From: Alphaproteobacteria bacterium
GTDB taxonomy: Bacteria > Pseudomonadota > Alphaproteobacteria > Sphingomonadales > Govanellaceae
NCBI GenBank assembly: GCA_037189785.1
Contig: JBBCIP010000173.1
Location: 1 to 51,815 of the forward strand
Direction of reading: 5' to 3'
Length of the DNA: 51,815 bases
The position numbers and the translations under genes are program-made. Of this stretch, positions 36,105 to 45,240 are shown piece by piece. The notes below the pieces were generated by a model that was not told where the DNA came from, did no database searches, and was given only the letters and a program-made list of their open reading frames with translations. Numbering within the stretch: the first letter of the stretch is position 1; every line of letters begins with the position of its first letter.

Positions 36105-36935
36105 ATGGACAAAGAACTGGTAACAGAAGCAGGGCAAAATCCCAAGGATCAGAGGACCAGCGATCAGAGGGCTCGCGCAACGATGGCTTCGGCAAGCGAA
36201 AGTACAGACACGACGACCGGATTATCCGTTCGCAATGTCGCCAAAGGCTATAAGAAGCGGCCGGTTTTGCGGAGTGTGAGTTTGCATGTGAAGCGTGGTG
36301 AGGTGGTCGGTCTGTTGGGGCCGAACGGAGCGGGTAAGACGACCTGCTTTTACACCATCACCGGGCTGATTGCGCCGGATCAAGGGGAGATCGCGCTCGA
36401 TGGGCAAGTGATCACCACCTTGCCGATGTATCGGCGGGCGCAGATGGGAATTGGATATTTGCCGCAGGAAGCATCGATCTTCCGGGGCTTGACGGTTGAG
36501 GGAAATATTTTGGCTGTGTTGGAAGTGGTTGAAAAGGATAAGGAAGCACGGGAGGTCATGTTGGATGATCTTTTGGGTGAATTTTCCATTTCACATCTTC
36601 GGCGCACCCCGGCGATTGCGTTGTCGGGTGGTGAACGGCGGCGGGTTGAAATTGCCCGATGCTTGGCGGCGCGTCCGAGCATTATTCTGCTTGATGAACC
36701 GTTTGCCGGGATCGATCCGATCGCCATCAACGACATTCGCGATCTCGTAGCCCATCTGAAAGATCGCGGCTTGGGCGTGTTGATTACCGATCACAATGTT
36801 CGAGAGACATTGGATATCATTGATCGCGCCTACATCATTCACGACGGCAAAGTTCTGACCGAGGGAGCGCCTAACGAAATCGTTGCGAACGAGGACGTGC
36901 GGCGGGTTTACCTTGGTGAGCGGTTTAGTATGTAG
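36105..36935 (+). CDS. lptB: LPS export ABC transporter ATP-binding protein LptB
   Basis: GPNGAGKTT, GYLPQEASIFRGL, LSGGERRRVEIAR, DEPFAGIDP, ITDHNVRETL, VRRVYLG. Confidence 0.97.
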   Translation: MDKELVTEAGQNPKDQRTSDQRARATMASASESTDTTTGLSVRNVAKGYKKRPVLRSVSLHVKRGEVVGLLGPNGAGKTTCFYTITGLIAPDQGEIALDGQVITTLPMYRRAQMGIGYLPQEASIFRGLTVEGNILAVLEVVEKDKEAREVMLDDLLGEFSISHLRRTPAIALSGGERRRVEIARCLAARPSIILLDEPFAGIDPIAINDIRDLVAHLKDRGLGVLITDHNVRETLDIIDRAYIIHDGKVLTEGAPNEIVANEDVRRVYLGERFSM

Positions 36936-36944
36936 GATAATGGT

Positions 36945-38456
36945 ATGGCGCTGACGCCCAGACTGGAGCTTAAACATAGCCAGACACTGGTCATGACGCC
37001 ACAGTTGCAGCAGGCGATCAAACTGCTGCAATACACCAACCTTGAACTGGCCGATTATATCAATCAAGAAATTGAAAAAAACCCGCTGCTGGAACATGGC
37101 GAAGGTGATGGCGGCGGCGGTGATGATGGCGGATCAGATGGTGGTGACGCGCCAGCAACCGATGGCGCGCTGGCGGCGGCGGATACGAAAATACAAGATC
37201 CTGTCGGTGCGGATTCTGACGCACTCGATGCTGATTTTTCCAATGTCTATAATAACGACAGTGTCAGTGATGATGTTCCCGGCGGTGGCAATCAAAATCT
37301 GAGCGGTGCGGCTTCGCGCAATAACAGTTTCGATGACGGCAATGTAGATTTCGAACAAAATCTTGTTGCCGATCTTAGTCTGAAGGATCATTTGGAATCA
37401 CAATTGCGGCACGTGCAATTCACGCCGTCCGAACAGATGATCGCGCATTTCCTGATCGATATGGTCGATGAATCCGGCTATATCCGCGATAGTTTCGAGC
37501 CAATCGCCGAAAAACTGGATTGCAGTTTGGAAGAAGTCGAAACCGTGCTCGAACGATTACAGAGTTTCGAGCCGGTCGGTGTTTTTGCGCGGTCGCTCAG
37601 TGAGTGTTTGGCGTTACAATTGCGGGATCGTGATCGCTTTGATCCAGCGATGGCGGCGTTGATCGCTAATCTTGATTTACTAGCCAGGCGTGATTTGCCG
37701 GCGCTGCGCCGTTTATGCGGTGTCGACCAAGAAGATCTGGCCGATATGATTGCGGAAATCCAAACACTCAATCCCAAACCGGGCTTGATTTATTCGTCCG
37801 ATGCCGCTCAACCTGTGGTGCCCGATGTTTTCGTCCGCGAAGGCCGCAAAGGCAATTGGGTCATCGAATTAAATGCCGATACATTGCCGCGTGTGTTGTT
37901 GAACAACAATTATCACACGGAAATCTCGACACGGGTGCAAAACAAAGAAGAAAAGGCCTTTATTTCGGAATGTTTCGCCACCGCGAATTGGTTGGTCAAG
38001 GCGTTGGATCAACGGGCAAAAACCATTCTAAAAGTGGCGACTGAAATTGTCCGCCAACAAGAAGGTTTCTTCCTGCATGGCGTTAAACATTTGCGGCCCC
38101 TGAATTTGCGGATGATCGCTGACGCGATTTCGATGCACGAAAGTACGGTTAGCCGGGTGACCACGAATAAATATATCGCAACCGACCGCGGTATATTTGA
38201 GATGAAGTATTTCTTCAACTCAGCGATTCAAGCATCGGGCGATGGGGAGGCTCATGCGGCCGAGTCTGTGAAGCAGCGGATCAAAGAGCTGATCGATGCG
38301 GAAAATCCCAGTCATATTCTCTCAGATGACCGGATTGTCGAGATTTTAGGCGAAGAAAAAATCGATATTGCCCGTCGGACGGTAGCTAAGTACCGTGAAG
38401 CATTGCGGATTCCGTCATCCGTGCAACGCCGTCGATTAAAAGCGGTTGTGGCCTAA
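36945..38456 (+). CDS. rpoN: RNA polymerase sigma-54 factor
   Basis: MTPQLQQAIKLLQ, HESTVSRVT, RpoN box ARRTVAKYRE. Confidence 0.98.
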   Translation: MALTPRLELKHSQTLVMTPQLQQAIKLLQYTNLELADYINQEIEKNPLLEHGEGDGGGGDDGGSDGGDAPATDGALAAADTKIQDPVGADSDALDADFSNVYNNDSVSDDVPGGGNQNLSGAASRNNSFDDGNVDFEQNLVADLSLKDHLESQLRHVQFTPSEQMIAHFLIDMVDESGYIRDSFEPIAEKLDCSLEEVETVLERLQSFEPVGVFARSLSECLALQLRDRDRFDPAMAALIANLDLLARRDLPALRRLCGVDQEDLADMIAEIQTLNPKPGLIYSSDAAQPVVPDVFVREGRKGNWVIELNADTLPRVLLNNNYHTEISTRVQNKEEKAFISECFATANWLVKALDQRAKTILKVATEIVRQQEGFFLHGVKHLRPLNLRMIADAISMHESTVSRVTTNKYIATDRGIFEMKYFFNSAIQASGDGEAHAAESVKQRIKELIDAENPSHILSDDRIVEILGEEKIDIARRTVAKYREALRIPSSVQRRRLKAVVA

Positions 38457-38677
38457 TTTTATTGCTATAACCTATTGTAAAATAAAGCGTAACTGTTGGT
38501 TGTGGTGATGTTGGTCGCCACTTTTATAGTGAAGATTATTCTTGCTTATGGGCAATCTGTGCTATTCTAAAGGTTGACATGTCCGGGGCTGGACAATACG
38601 TTCCCGCGAACTTAACGGCACCGGCAGTCAGAGTAGTATCGAGCAACCACACCTTTCACGGGGAAATCGACACCATC

Positions 38678-39277
38678 ATGAAAGTCGTAGTGACGGGCAA
38701 GCAAATCGACGTTGGCGACGCTCTGCGGAGCCATGTATCAGACAGATTAACCTCCAGCCTTGGTAAGTATTTCAACGGAAGCAAGCTAGAAGCTGCCGTG
38801 ACCTTCTCTCGCGATGGCCACTTACTGCGAGCTGATTGTAATGTTCATGCGGGTCATGACATGCATTTGCAAAGTCATGGCGATGCACCGGATATTTATG
38901 CGGCTTTTGACAGTGCGGCGGATCGCATTGAAAAAAGATTACGGCGTTATAAACGCCGGGTGCAGGATCATCACAAGCGCCGTTTGGAAAGCGCGGCGAT
39001 GGACTGGAACGCAGCCTCGTATGTTTTGGCTGCGAATGACACAGAAGAAGAACAAGAACACGAGGTTGCGGACGGCTGGCAGCCGCTGATCGTAGCGGAA
39101 ACAACGACAGCCATTCCTGAGCTGAGTGTCGGGGAGGCTGTCATGCGGATGGATCTCGGCGATGCGCCGGCGATCATGTTCCGCAATCGTGCTAACGGAC
39201 AGTTCAATGTCGTCTTCCGCCGAAAAGATGGAAACATCGGCTGGATCGACCCGGCGAACAGCAAGACGGGAACGTAA
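38678..39277 (+). CDS. hpf: Ribosome hibernation promoting factor (long HPF/RaiA)
   Basis: GKQIDVGDALRSHV, EKRLRRYKRR, LSVGEAVMRMDL, VVFRRKDGNIGWIDP. Start ATG 38678. Confidence 0.95.
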   Translation: MKVVVTGKQIDVGDALRSHVSDRLTSSLGKYFNGSKLEAAVTFSRDGHLLRADCNVHAGHDMHLQSHGDAPDIYAAFDSAADRIEKRLRRYKRRVQDHHKRRLESAAMDWNAASYVLAANDTEEEQEHEVADGWQPLIVAETTTAIPELSVGEAVMRMDLGDAPAIMFRNRANGQFNVVFRRKDGNIGWIDPANSKTGT

Positions 39278-39283
39278 GAGTCT

Positions 39284-39748
39284 ATGGAAATATCCGATCT
39301 AATCAGCCTGGAAGCGATCATCCCTCGCTTGAAAGTTTCCAGCAAGAAACAGGCATTACAAGAATTAGCCGAGCATGCGTCAAAGCTTATTGGCCAGCCG
39401 AAGGCTTTGATCTTTGATGTGCTGCTTGAACGCGAACGGCTCGGTACCACGGGGGTTGGTCAAGGTGTGGCTATCCCCCATGGAAAACTGCCTACATTAG
39501 ATCGGCCATGTGGTGTTTTCGCGCAATTGTCTGCCCCCATCGATTTTGATTCCATCGATGAGCAGCCTGTTGATCTGATCTTCTTACTGCTGGCACCCGA
39601 AGCTGCGGGTGCTGATCATCTAAAGGCTTTGGCTAAAGTGTCGCGACTTTTACGGAACAAACAGACCTGCGAAAAAATTCGCGGGTCCGATAATGCCGAT
39701 GCGATCTATGCTTTGCTGATTGAACCGGCAGCGTCGCACGCTGCGTGA
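39284..39748 (+). CDS. ptsN: PTS IIA-like nitrogen regulatory protein
   Basis: ERERLGTTGVGQGVAIPHGK, PVDLIFLLLAPE, HLKALA. Confidence 0.97.
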   Translation: MEISDLISLEAIIPRLKVSSKKQALQELAEHASKLIGQPKALIFDVLLERERLGTTGVGQGVAIPHGKLPTLDRPCGVFAQLSAPIDFDSIDEQPVDLIFLLLAPEAAGADHLKALAKVSRLLRNKQTCEKIRGSDNADAIYALLIEPAASHAA

Positions 39749-39921
39749 CACATTTTTTATATATTGTTCTGGTTTTATGAATTGTTCTGAGTGAAAAACT
39801 CGACCATCTATTTGGCCCCCGATCACGTGATGCGTCCAGCATGATGAAGATTTGGGGGCCGTTTCTTTGCTGCGGAACTGTTAAAAGCAAGATGGTGTTG
39901 AACGATATGAGTGCGCCCTGT

Positions 39922-40030
39922 GCATTGCCGGGTCGAGCCTGGCAATGCCCCCGGCAATGACTCCGGCAAGGACATCGTTAGGAAATTGCTCAGCTGTCTA
40001 GATTGTCACCACCGGGCTTGACCCGGTGGT
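39922..40030. repeat. Two inverted REP-like palindromes plus 12-bp partial repeats
   Basis: GCATTGCCGGG-TCGAG-CCTGGCAATGC (39922-39948) and ACCACCGGG-CTTGA-CCCGGTGGT (40008-40030). Shared core CCGGGTC(A/G)AGCC(C/T)GG in opposite orientations; extra CCGGCAA(T/G)GA copies at 39951 and 39963. Confidence 0.65.
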
Positions 40031-40110
40031 CCTTGTGATGTGCATCCGCGCGCCACAGTGCTTTGCTTTACAGTGTTCTGCTGTCGCGGCGGCTTTAACG
40101 GCACTAGATC

Positions 40111-40329
40111 CTAGTGCAGATAAGCCGCATGCATGTTGTTTTGGAGCGCGGTCGTCAACGCGGTCTCCCAGCTATCAAACACGGCCAATTCGCGGCCCGT
40201 CGCTGCATAAAGCGCGAAATTGCTTTCGCCATGACGCGTAACGGGTTTGATGTAGACGACATCGCCTTCCCCAAGATTGGCAAAGGTTTCGGGTGTCATG
40301 TCTTTTAACATCTGCTCAACGTTGGTCAT
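40111..40329 (-). CDS. DUF1150 family small protein
   Basis: MTPETFANLGEGDVVYIKPV...FALYAATGRELA...LH; lies downstream of a small HSP, the usual context. ATG 40329 with GGGAG RBS. Confidence 0.8.
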   Translation of the reverse strand: MTNVEQMLKDMTPETFANLGEGDVVYIKPVTRHGESNFALYAATGRELAVFDSWETALTTALQNNMHAAYLH

Positions 40330-40381
40330 TCTCTGTACTCCCACCAATGACTTGCCGTTAGCCAATTACACTTCCCAATTG

Positions 40382-40816
40382 CTACTCAACGTCTTCACTC
40401 TCGATCGCGATCTCGCGGATTGTTGCCGCTGGTTGCGGCTGTGCGAGAACAATCTCAAGAAGGCCGTTTGTCAGACGAGCCTTTGTTACTTCTACACCCC
40501 GTTCCAAAACAAAACGGCGTTGGAACTGCCGAGTTGCGATGCCGCGATGTAGAAAAAGACGGTTACCTCCTTCAGCCTGTGACTCATCGGGTTGTTTACC
40601 GCGAATAGTCAAAACATTATCTTCAAGCAGCACAGAAAGATCACTTTTGCGAAAGCCGGCGACTGCCACGCTTATCAGCAATTCGTTCTCACTCACATGC
40701 TCGATATTGAAGGGAGGATAGCCATCATTGCCTGATTTGGCGATCCGTTCGACAATACGTTCTACGTAGTCAAAACCGACGACAAACGGCGTGTTAAAGA
40801 CAGTTGAACGTGGAAT
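40382..40816 (-). CDS. Small heat-shock protein (Hsp20/IbpA-like), probable ATT start
   Basis: GFD, GYPPFNIE, VAVAGF, FLHRGIATRQFQRRFVL, A.L.NGLLEI.L. The only in-frame start correctly spaced from GAGGAG is ATT at 40816; the ORF-track TTG at 40831 overlaps the SD. Confidence 0.9.
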   Translation of the reverse strand: MPRSTVFNTPFVVGFDYVERIVERIAKSGNDGYPPFNIEHVSENELLISVAVAGFRKSDLSVLLEDNVLTIRGKQPDESQAEGGNRLFLHRGIATRQFQRRFVLERGVEVTKARLTNGLLEIVLAQPQPAATIREIAIESEDVE

Positions 40817-40823
40817 GTGCCAT

Positions 40824-40842
40824 CTCCTCAAGTTTGAGCAAG
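40824..40842 (-). promoter_or_regulatory. ROSE-like RNA thermometer hairpin sequestering the SD
   Basis: mRNA CUUGCUCAAACUUGAGGAG: the UUGCU motif pairs with GAGGAG, leaving a bulged G. Confidence 0.7.
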
Positions 40843-40923
40843 TCTGACAACAGCCTACGATCGGACCTTATCCAAAGCGTCCTCCGCGTAGACAGACCGT
40901 CACTATGACCGATCCACCCCATT

Positions 40924-40951
40924 ATTTGGGGTGTTTGATGGAGATATCAAG
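40924..40951 (-). promoter_or_regulatory. sigma32 (RpoH)-type promoter
   Basis: CTTGAT-N14-CCCCAAAT on the minus strand, versus consensus CTTGAA-N13/14-CCCCATNT. Confidence 0.7.
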
Positions 40952-41022
40952 CCCTTTCCTTACCTTAGCCCCGCCAAAGTAAGGTTTAGGGTTTTACACG
41001 GCGGTAGAGTGTAGGGCTAAAT

Positions 41023-42450
41023 TTAGGAGGCCGTATCGGAGGGTTCAACCGCCGTTACCGCCTGTTCCGGGGCCTGTTCCGCAACCTGGTGGGAGGCTGG
41101 AGCCACTGTTTCGGCCGTTTTCGGCAGACGGCCTTCCTTCACGTCCGGTGGTCGCACCCAACAGGCGGCGCCACGGGCGACCAGTTTTGCGCATAACGCG
41201 TCAGCTTCGGCTTTATCGGTCAAAGGACCGGCGTTTAAGCGGTAATAGAAGCCCTTGGGCGTGGCCTCAGGGCCAAAGTTGATTTCTGTGCGGCGTGGAG
41301 GCAAGTGCCCGATAATGTCCCCGTACGAGGCTTTGAGCTGCTCCCAGCCGTCTTTCAATTGGCTGGCTTTGCGATAGGCCGCCAATTGTAGGGCCCAACC
41401 TTCTTGCTCCAGCAACGGGATATCGCTGAGGTCGGCATCAGCCTGGGCGGCCGGGGCGGCGGTCGGGGCGGCGGTCGGGGTGATGGTTACCGGCTCAGGC
41501 AAAGCCGGAGCTTCGGCGATAACCGGTGCGCCGGTGCCAATGATCCGCAAGGCCGTTGTGTGGGCTGCCGCAGCATCCTGATCAAACATGCGGTTCGCCG
41601 GTGCAAGTGTGGTGTGCTTGGGGGCCGCATTGCCATAGAACAAGGCTGCAAGTCGTGCGCTTGGCTCCAACGCGGCCACGCTGCGCAGCTGAGCCAGCTG
41701 ATCGGGAAGGCTCCCCAGATCGTGGTCGATGGCTAACAGGCGCTCCGCTTGGTTGCTGTGGCCGGTCAGAACATAGGCCAGGGCCAGATTTTTGCGGACG
41801 GCAGCGGTGGCGGCAGGTGCGCGCGTGGCTTGTTCTAAGCTGGCGATTCCGGTGCTGGTGTCGCCGTGGACAGTCAGCGATAAGCCGTAGTTATTCAGCA
41901 CCCGGATGTCATCGGGGCTGCTGCTCAGGGCTTGGGCGTAGCTATCCAACGCGGCGGCGTGATTGCCCAGGAGGTCTTCGGCCAAGGCTTTGTTGAGCAA
42001 GGCGTCGTGGTTCGTGGGCGACAGGCGGAGGGCGTTGTTCAAAAACGGCAGCGCCAGTTCCGGCTGGCCGGTTTGGATCAGGGTTTGGCCTAGGCCGGTG
42101 AGCGCTGCGACATTTTCGCTGCTGCGCCCGGCAGCCAGTCGATAGGCTTTCTCCGCTTCGGCAAATTGACCGAGCGCAGCCAGGGAGCGACCAAGCCCAA
42201 TCAAGGGCCGAACATCGCCGTGCATTGAGCCATGAGCGCTGCGATACAGTGGGATGGCGGCGGCATGATCGCCGGTGGCCGCCAAACGGTCGGCCATGGA
42301 CAATAACGAACTTTGGCCTTGGGCTTTTGTTTCGGCAGAAGCTGCCATAGAGGCAGTCTTTGCCCCCGGTGTCGTGGTGCATGCCGCCAGGGATGCCATA
42401 ATGATCGTGGCCAAAGCTGTTCGGCTCATGACGCCCGAAAACCGTATCAT
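41023..42450 (-). CDS. TPR-repeat lipoprotein with C-terminal SPOR domain
   Basis: Lipobox LAAC, several TPRs (NNYGLSL...VRKNLALAY, TadD-like), Pro/Ala linker, SPOR WALQLAAY...FYYRLNAGPL...ALCAKL...CWV. Start may be ATG 42429. Confidence 0.85.
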   Translation of the reverse strand: MIRFSGVMSRTALATIIMASLAACTTTPGAKTASMAASAETKAQGQSSLLSMADRLAATGDHAAAIPLYRSAHGSMHGDVRPLIGLGRSLAALGQFAEAEKAYRLAAGRSSENVAALTGLGQTLIQTGQPELALPFLNNALRLSPTNHDALLNKALAEDLLGNHAAALDSYAQALSSSPDDIRVLNNYGLSLTVHGDTSTGIASLEQATRAPAATAAVRKNLALAYVLTGHSNQAERLLAIDHDLGSLPDQLAQLRSVAALEPSARLAALFYGNAAPKHTTLAPANRMFDQDAAAAHTTALRIIGTGAPVIAEAPALPEPVTITPTAAPTAAPAAQADADLSDIPLLEQEGWALQLAAYRKASQLKDGWEQLKASYGDIIGHLPPRRTEINFGPEATPKGFYYRLNAGPLTDKAEADALCAKLVARGAACWVRPPDVKEGRLPKTAETVAPASHQVAEQAPEQAVTAVEPSDTAS

Positions 42451-42563
42451 AACCTTAGGTCCATTCTTTTTTAGGTACCGTTGCGCGTCTTTAGAGACTA
42501 ACCCGCAAATCCTTTCCAGGGATTTAAAGCCGGTTAGTAAATACCGGAGCCGGGCTATCAGCG

Positions 42564-43151
42564 CTAACGCGCGCTAGCATGAAGGCAATCACAATGTCTG
42601 AGATCGGCTGTGCTGGCTTCACGGCTGAGATACTCATCAAGGGCTGCGGTCAGAATTTCTTGGCTGCTCATATTGGCGTGAGCAGATAGGACCCGCAATT
42701 TGAGATGGCGATCGGAATCCAGGCGCAAGGTCATGGCGACGCGTTTGCCGGTATGGTCGGCCATCGCAGTCTTGTGCTTGCAATCGGTGCCGCTGTCGCA
42801 ACCTGTTTTGGCCTGTGGATCACTATTCTTGCTGACGATGGTGTTGGTCTTGCTGACGATGGTGCTGGTAGATTTGGCCGCGGGGGACGGCGATGTCGCG
42901 GGTTTTGGCTTCGCCACCACGGTTTCAGAAACTGGACGACGGACCGTGTCCGCAATCGGCTCCCGAGCTTCGGAAATCGGCGCGAGCGGGTGTTCCGATG
43001 GCAGACGAAAATCGGCGTGAGGCTGAGCTGCTTTGGGCTGAGCCGATTTATTGAGAGCTGCATCCTGTAAGGCATAAACGCTTTCCGGCGATGGAGAGGC
43101 AAAGCCTTTACGGGCGAGTAACGAGCTCGTTAAACGCGCGGCCTGTTTCAT
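42564..43151 (-). CDS. Hypothetical protein with low-complexity linker and C-terminal ribbon-helix-helix-like domain
   Basis: N-terminal LTSSLLARKG.A.P, Pro/Ser/Thr-rich middle, KRVAMTLRLDSDRHLKLRVLSAHANMSSQEILTAALDEYL. Directly downstream of parA. Confidence 0.7.
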   Translation of the reverse strand: MKQAARLTSSLLARKGFASPSPESVYALQDAALNKSAQPKAAQPHADFRLPSEHPLAPISEAREPIADTVRRPVSETVVAKPKPATSPSPAAKSTSTIVSKTNTIVSKNSDPQAKTGCDSGTDCKHKTAMADHTGKRVAMTLRLDSDRHLKLRVLSAHANMSSQEILTAALDEYLSREASTADLRHCDCLHASAR

Positions 43152-43162
43152 CGGGTTGTCTC

Positions 43163-43885
43163 CTAAGATGCAGTCAGTTGCTGCCGCCGGCCGAAACCGG
43201 GGGTATGACGGGTCAAAGCCTCACGACGGTTTGAGGCGCTGGATTGGAACACCGTGCGCCGGAAATTCTTTTCCAAACGGTCGCTAACATATTGCCATAA
43301 TTCATCAATTTCCCGAGCGGAGGCGCCTTTTGGATTAACCTCCTGCACCGTGCGGCCGTCGATCATGCTGGACGCGAAGTCGGTGCGGTGATGGATCGTG
43401 ATCGGGGCGACGGTGCCATGTTGCGATAGGGCAATGGCGGCGTCGGCGGTGATGCGGGCCCGTGGGGTGGCCGCATTGACAACGAACAGCAATGGCTTGT
43501 TGGAGCGTTCGGCCAGTTCCACTGTTGCACCGGCGGCGCGCAAGTCATGGGGGCTCGGACGGGTCGGAATAATGACCAATTCCGACACCGCGATCACGCT
43601 TTGGATGGCCAAGGTGATGGCGGGTGGCGTGTCGATGATCGCCAGCTTGAAGCCACGGCTGCGCAGATCATCGAGATCGGTGATAAGCCGGGAAATGGTG
43701 GTTTGCGCAAAAGCCAAGGTTTCCGATTGGCGGGCGTTCCACCACTCCGACAAGCTGCCTTGAGGGTCCGTATCCAGGATCACGACCGGGCCAGCGCCCG
43801 ACCGTTCCGCCTGCACTGCAAGATGTCCGCTAAGGGTCGTTTTCCCCGATCCGCCTTTTTGCGAAGCCAATGCTATGACGCGCAT
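43163..43885 (-). CDS. ParA-family ATPase (short, type Ib/ParF-like)
   Basis: Deviant Walker A QKGGSGKTT, LDTDPQGSL, IIDTPP, IPTRPSPHDL. ATG 43885 with GGAGG RBS. Confidence 0.92.
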   Translation of the reverse strand: MRVIALASQKGGSGKTTLSGHLAVQAERSGAGPVVILDTDPQGSLSEWWNARQSETLAFAQTTISRLITDLDDLRSRGFKLAIIDTPPAITLAIQSVIAVSELVIIPTRPSPHDLRAAGATVELAERSNKPLLFVVNAATPRARITADAAIALSQHGTVAPITIHHRTDFASSMIDGRTVQEVNPKGASAREIDELWQYVSDRLEKNFRRTVFQSSASNRREALTRHTPGFGRRQQLTAS

Positions 43886-44120
43886 TTGAATGCACCCTCC
43901 GTAAATTCCGTCGCCGGATAAGCACAATACCCCAGACTATTGGAGCTTGGGCCTATCCACCTTTTTGGTTCTTTAGCAGAGTAAGTTGGGGGTGTTAAAA
44001 AATGGTAAAACCAATAGAAGGTCTAGTAATAAAGATTAATTTTCGAAGGACGTTGCGTCGCGGCGGTGGGGACGGCACAATGGCACACGTTCGAGTTAAC
44101 CATAAAAAGCCAAAGAAATT

Positions 44121-45233
44121 ATGACCACGCGAAAAAAAATCTGTGCTTCGGTGTTGCTTAGAGTGGTGTTAGGTGTGTTTGTGCTGGGGGCGACCCCGTC
44201 GGCTGGTTTCGCCGATATGCGGGAAGGCATTGAGGCCTATAAGCGTGGCGATTATGGAACGGCGTTGAAATCTTGGCTGCCTTTGGCGGAACAGGGCAAT
44301 GCCAATGCGTTGTTTAACGTGGCGCAGCTTTATCGCAGCGGCAAGGGGGTTGAAAAAGATATTCCGACCGCCGAACGCTTTTACATCGAAGCGGCTGAGC
44401 GAGGCCATGTGGCGGCCCAAGGAAACCTGGGGACGCTTTATTATTTTGCCTTTCCGGACTCACCCCGGATCGCCGACGCCATGAAATGGTGGACCGAGGC
44501 CGCGACGCGTGGCGACGCGCGATCACAGCATATGTTGGGGGTGTTATTATTTAACGGCAGCCAAGCGCCGCGAGATCCAGTCAAGGCCTATGCCTGGACC
44601 CGACTGGCAGCCGAAGCCGGGTTACCGGAAGCGGTGAAAGCCGAGCAATTGATGATACAGTCATTAAGTCCGCAAGAAATTTCCGACGGCTATGCGATGG
44701 CGCAAACCTTGGTCACCAACCCACCGCCGATGACCTCTGCGGCCGCGAAAACTGCGCCAGGGCAATCTGTTTCGGCGCAGACGCCGGCAGTTCAGCCAGC
44801 GCAAGTGTCGCCGCCGCCGTCATCACCATCGACACCGACACCGTCATCAAGGAGTTCGGCGCCGACGCCAGTGAAGCGGCCTGAGGCGCCTGCCGTCGCA
44901 ACACCAGCACCAGCCCGGGCCCCAGCTGTTTCTGCTCCGGCTCCGAGTGTTGCGGCAAGTCAAGTTGCGGCAAGTCAAGGCGATGGCAGTTTCTATGTAC
45001 AAATTTCCGCGTCGACATCGGAACCCGATGCGGTGAAATTGAAAGAGCGTATCGAAAAAAATCGCCAAAATGTCCCAACAGGCACGGCGATGCGGATTGA
45101 TCGTGGCAGCCGGGCCGACGGCAGCGATTTGTTCAAAGTGCAAATCGGTCCGTTCGGGACTAAGAAGGCTGCGGATAATCATTGCAGCGCATTGAAGAAG
45201 CGCAAGCAAAGTTGTTTCGTGGTGAGCGGGTGA
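44121..45233 (+). CDS. Sel1-repeat protein with C-terminal SPOR domain, exported
   Basis: Signal peptide, Sel1 repeats (AEQGNANALFNVAQLYRSGKGV, AERGHVAAQGNLG), Pro-rich linker, SPOR FYVQISA...FKVQIGPF...C..LK...CFVV. Confidence 0.88.
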   Translation: MTTRKKICASVLLRVVLGVFVLGATPSAGFADMREGIEAYKRGDYGTALKSWLPLAEQGNANALFNVAQLYRSGKGVEKDIPTAERFYIEAAERGHVAAQGNLGTLYYFAFPDSPRIADAMKWWTEAATRGDARSQHMLGVLLFNGSQAPRDPVKAYAWTRLAAEAGLPEAVKAEQLMIQSLSPQEISDGYAMAQTLVTNPPPMTSAAAKTAPGQSVSAQTPAVQPAQVSPPPSSPSTPTPSSRSSAPTPVKRPEAPAVATPAPARAPAVSAPAPSVAASQVAASQGDGSFYVQISASTSEPDAVKLKERIEKNRQNVPTGTAMRIDRGSRADGSDLFKVQIGPFGTKKAADNHCSALKKRKQSCFVVSG

Positions 45234-45240
45234 TTGGGGA

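Noticed and set aside
40026-40241. Small ORF on the + strand between ptsN and DUF1150
   Set aside because: No RBS or motif; it overlaps the REP-like hairpin and the DUF1150 gene.
43163-43885. Chromosomal parAB locus or integrated plasmid
   Set aside because: No parB, parS-like palindrome, rep gene or integrase; the flanking genes are housekeeping.
43990-44103. CtrA boxes in the parA / Sel1-SPOR divergent region
   Set aside because: Only a TTAACCAT half-site (44096-44103) and TTAA/GTAA pairs spaced by 6 rather than 7 nt; too weak to call.
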